33,610 bases of DNA from Pyrinomonadaceae bacterium (lineage in GTDB: Bacteria; Acidobacteriota; Blastocatellia; Pyrinomonadales; Pyrinomonadaceae). Both the position numbers and the translations under genes were made by a program. The notes beneath the pieces are model-generated. The model was given only the letters and a program-made list of their open reading frames with translations, was not told where the DNA came from and made no database searches. Below, piece after piece: positions 33,461 through 33,610 of this stretch (its first letter is position 1; each line of letters opens with the position of its first letter). The stretch lies in NCBI GenBank assembly GCA_035275605.1, contig DATEMM010000461.1, positions 1 through 33,610 on the forward strand, in the 5' to 3' direction.

Positions 33461-33571
33461 GGATTTTAGATTTTAGATTTTAGATTTGCGATTGGATAAG
33501 GATTAAAAATTTTTAGATTCAAGTTCTTGTCCTTGTCCAATCAAAAATCAAAAATCGCAAATCAAAAATTC
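33461..33571. repeat. Heptamer-repeat hairpin element E7 (GATTTTA / AAAAATC family, AT-rich)
   Basis: Left arm: GATTTTA at 33462, 33469 and 33476, GATTTGC(33483), GATTGGA(33490). Spacer: TAAGGATTAAAAATTTTTAGATTCAAGTTCTTGTCCTTG. Right arm: TCCAATC(33536) AAAAATC(33543) AAAAATC(33550) GCAAATC(33557) AAAAATT(33564). It starts 4 nt after the TAA at 33455-33457. Confidence 0.9.
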
Positions 33572-33610
33572 TTATCGTGTCTCAACCGACATCCGACCAA
33601 CTGAAGCTGG

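Noticed and set aside
3117-33571. Heptamer arrays as CRISPR arrays
   Set aside because: The units are 7 nt and directly abutting, with no unique spacers. Each array is only 3-5 units and is paired with a complementary array. No cas genes are present. This is not CRISPR.
3117-33571. Heptamer hairpins as simple Rho-independent terminators
   Set aside because: None of the stems is followed by a U-tract. T-runs occur inside the spacers (CTTTTG, CTTTTGTTTT), not after the right arm. The next start codon follows within 3-9 nt, and the flanking genes belong to the same pathways. A partial attenuation or processing role remains possible and is listed as a hypothesis, not a terminator call.

Overview
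This 33.6 kb window comes from a high-G+C bacterial chromosome. I cannot assign a taxon from sequence alone. Almost all of it is one large surface-polysaccharide (EPS or O-antigen type) biosynthesis locus, mostly on the + strand.

Coding content:
- A fused Wzz-domain/BY-kinase (Wzc-like) with a C-terminal tyrosine cluster.
- A polytopic candidate polymerase.
- A WecA/MraY-type initiating transferase with an unusual C-terminal extension.
- About nine further glycosyltransferases: four GT2, four GT4-like and one DUF563/GT61-like.
- Complete but physically split dTDP-L-rhamnose genes (rfbB-rfbD at 2.1-4.1 kb, rfbA-rfbC at 26.6-27.8 kb).
- A divergent gmd/fcl pair for GDP-L-fucose.
- A WbpB/WbpE/WbpD-like dehydrogenase/aminotransferase/N-acetyltransferase module plus a second DegT aminotransferase.
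- An AsnB-like amidotransferase, three methyltransferases, a second hexapeptide acyltransferase, an extended-SDR epimerase/dehydratase and a SnoaL-like protein.

I saw no rRNA, tRNA, CRISPR array, transposase or integrase.

The ordinary gene content does not explain two things:
1. Seven hairpin elements (E1-E7) have arms made of tandem heptanucleotide repeats. The heptamer differs between loci, but the two arms at each locus are always complementary. The elements fill co-directional gene junctions almost exactly from stop codon to start codon.
2. A small low-G+C island (30.8-31.5 kb) carries an overlapping pair, a small helical protein and an HNH nuclease, inserted in front of the initiating transferase.

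Many long ORFs in the supplied track are antisense shadows typical of high-G+C DNA. Several listed ORFs also have spurious N-terminal extensions, which I corrected from the sequence.
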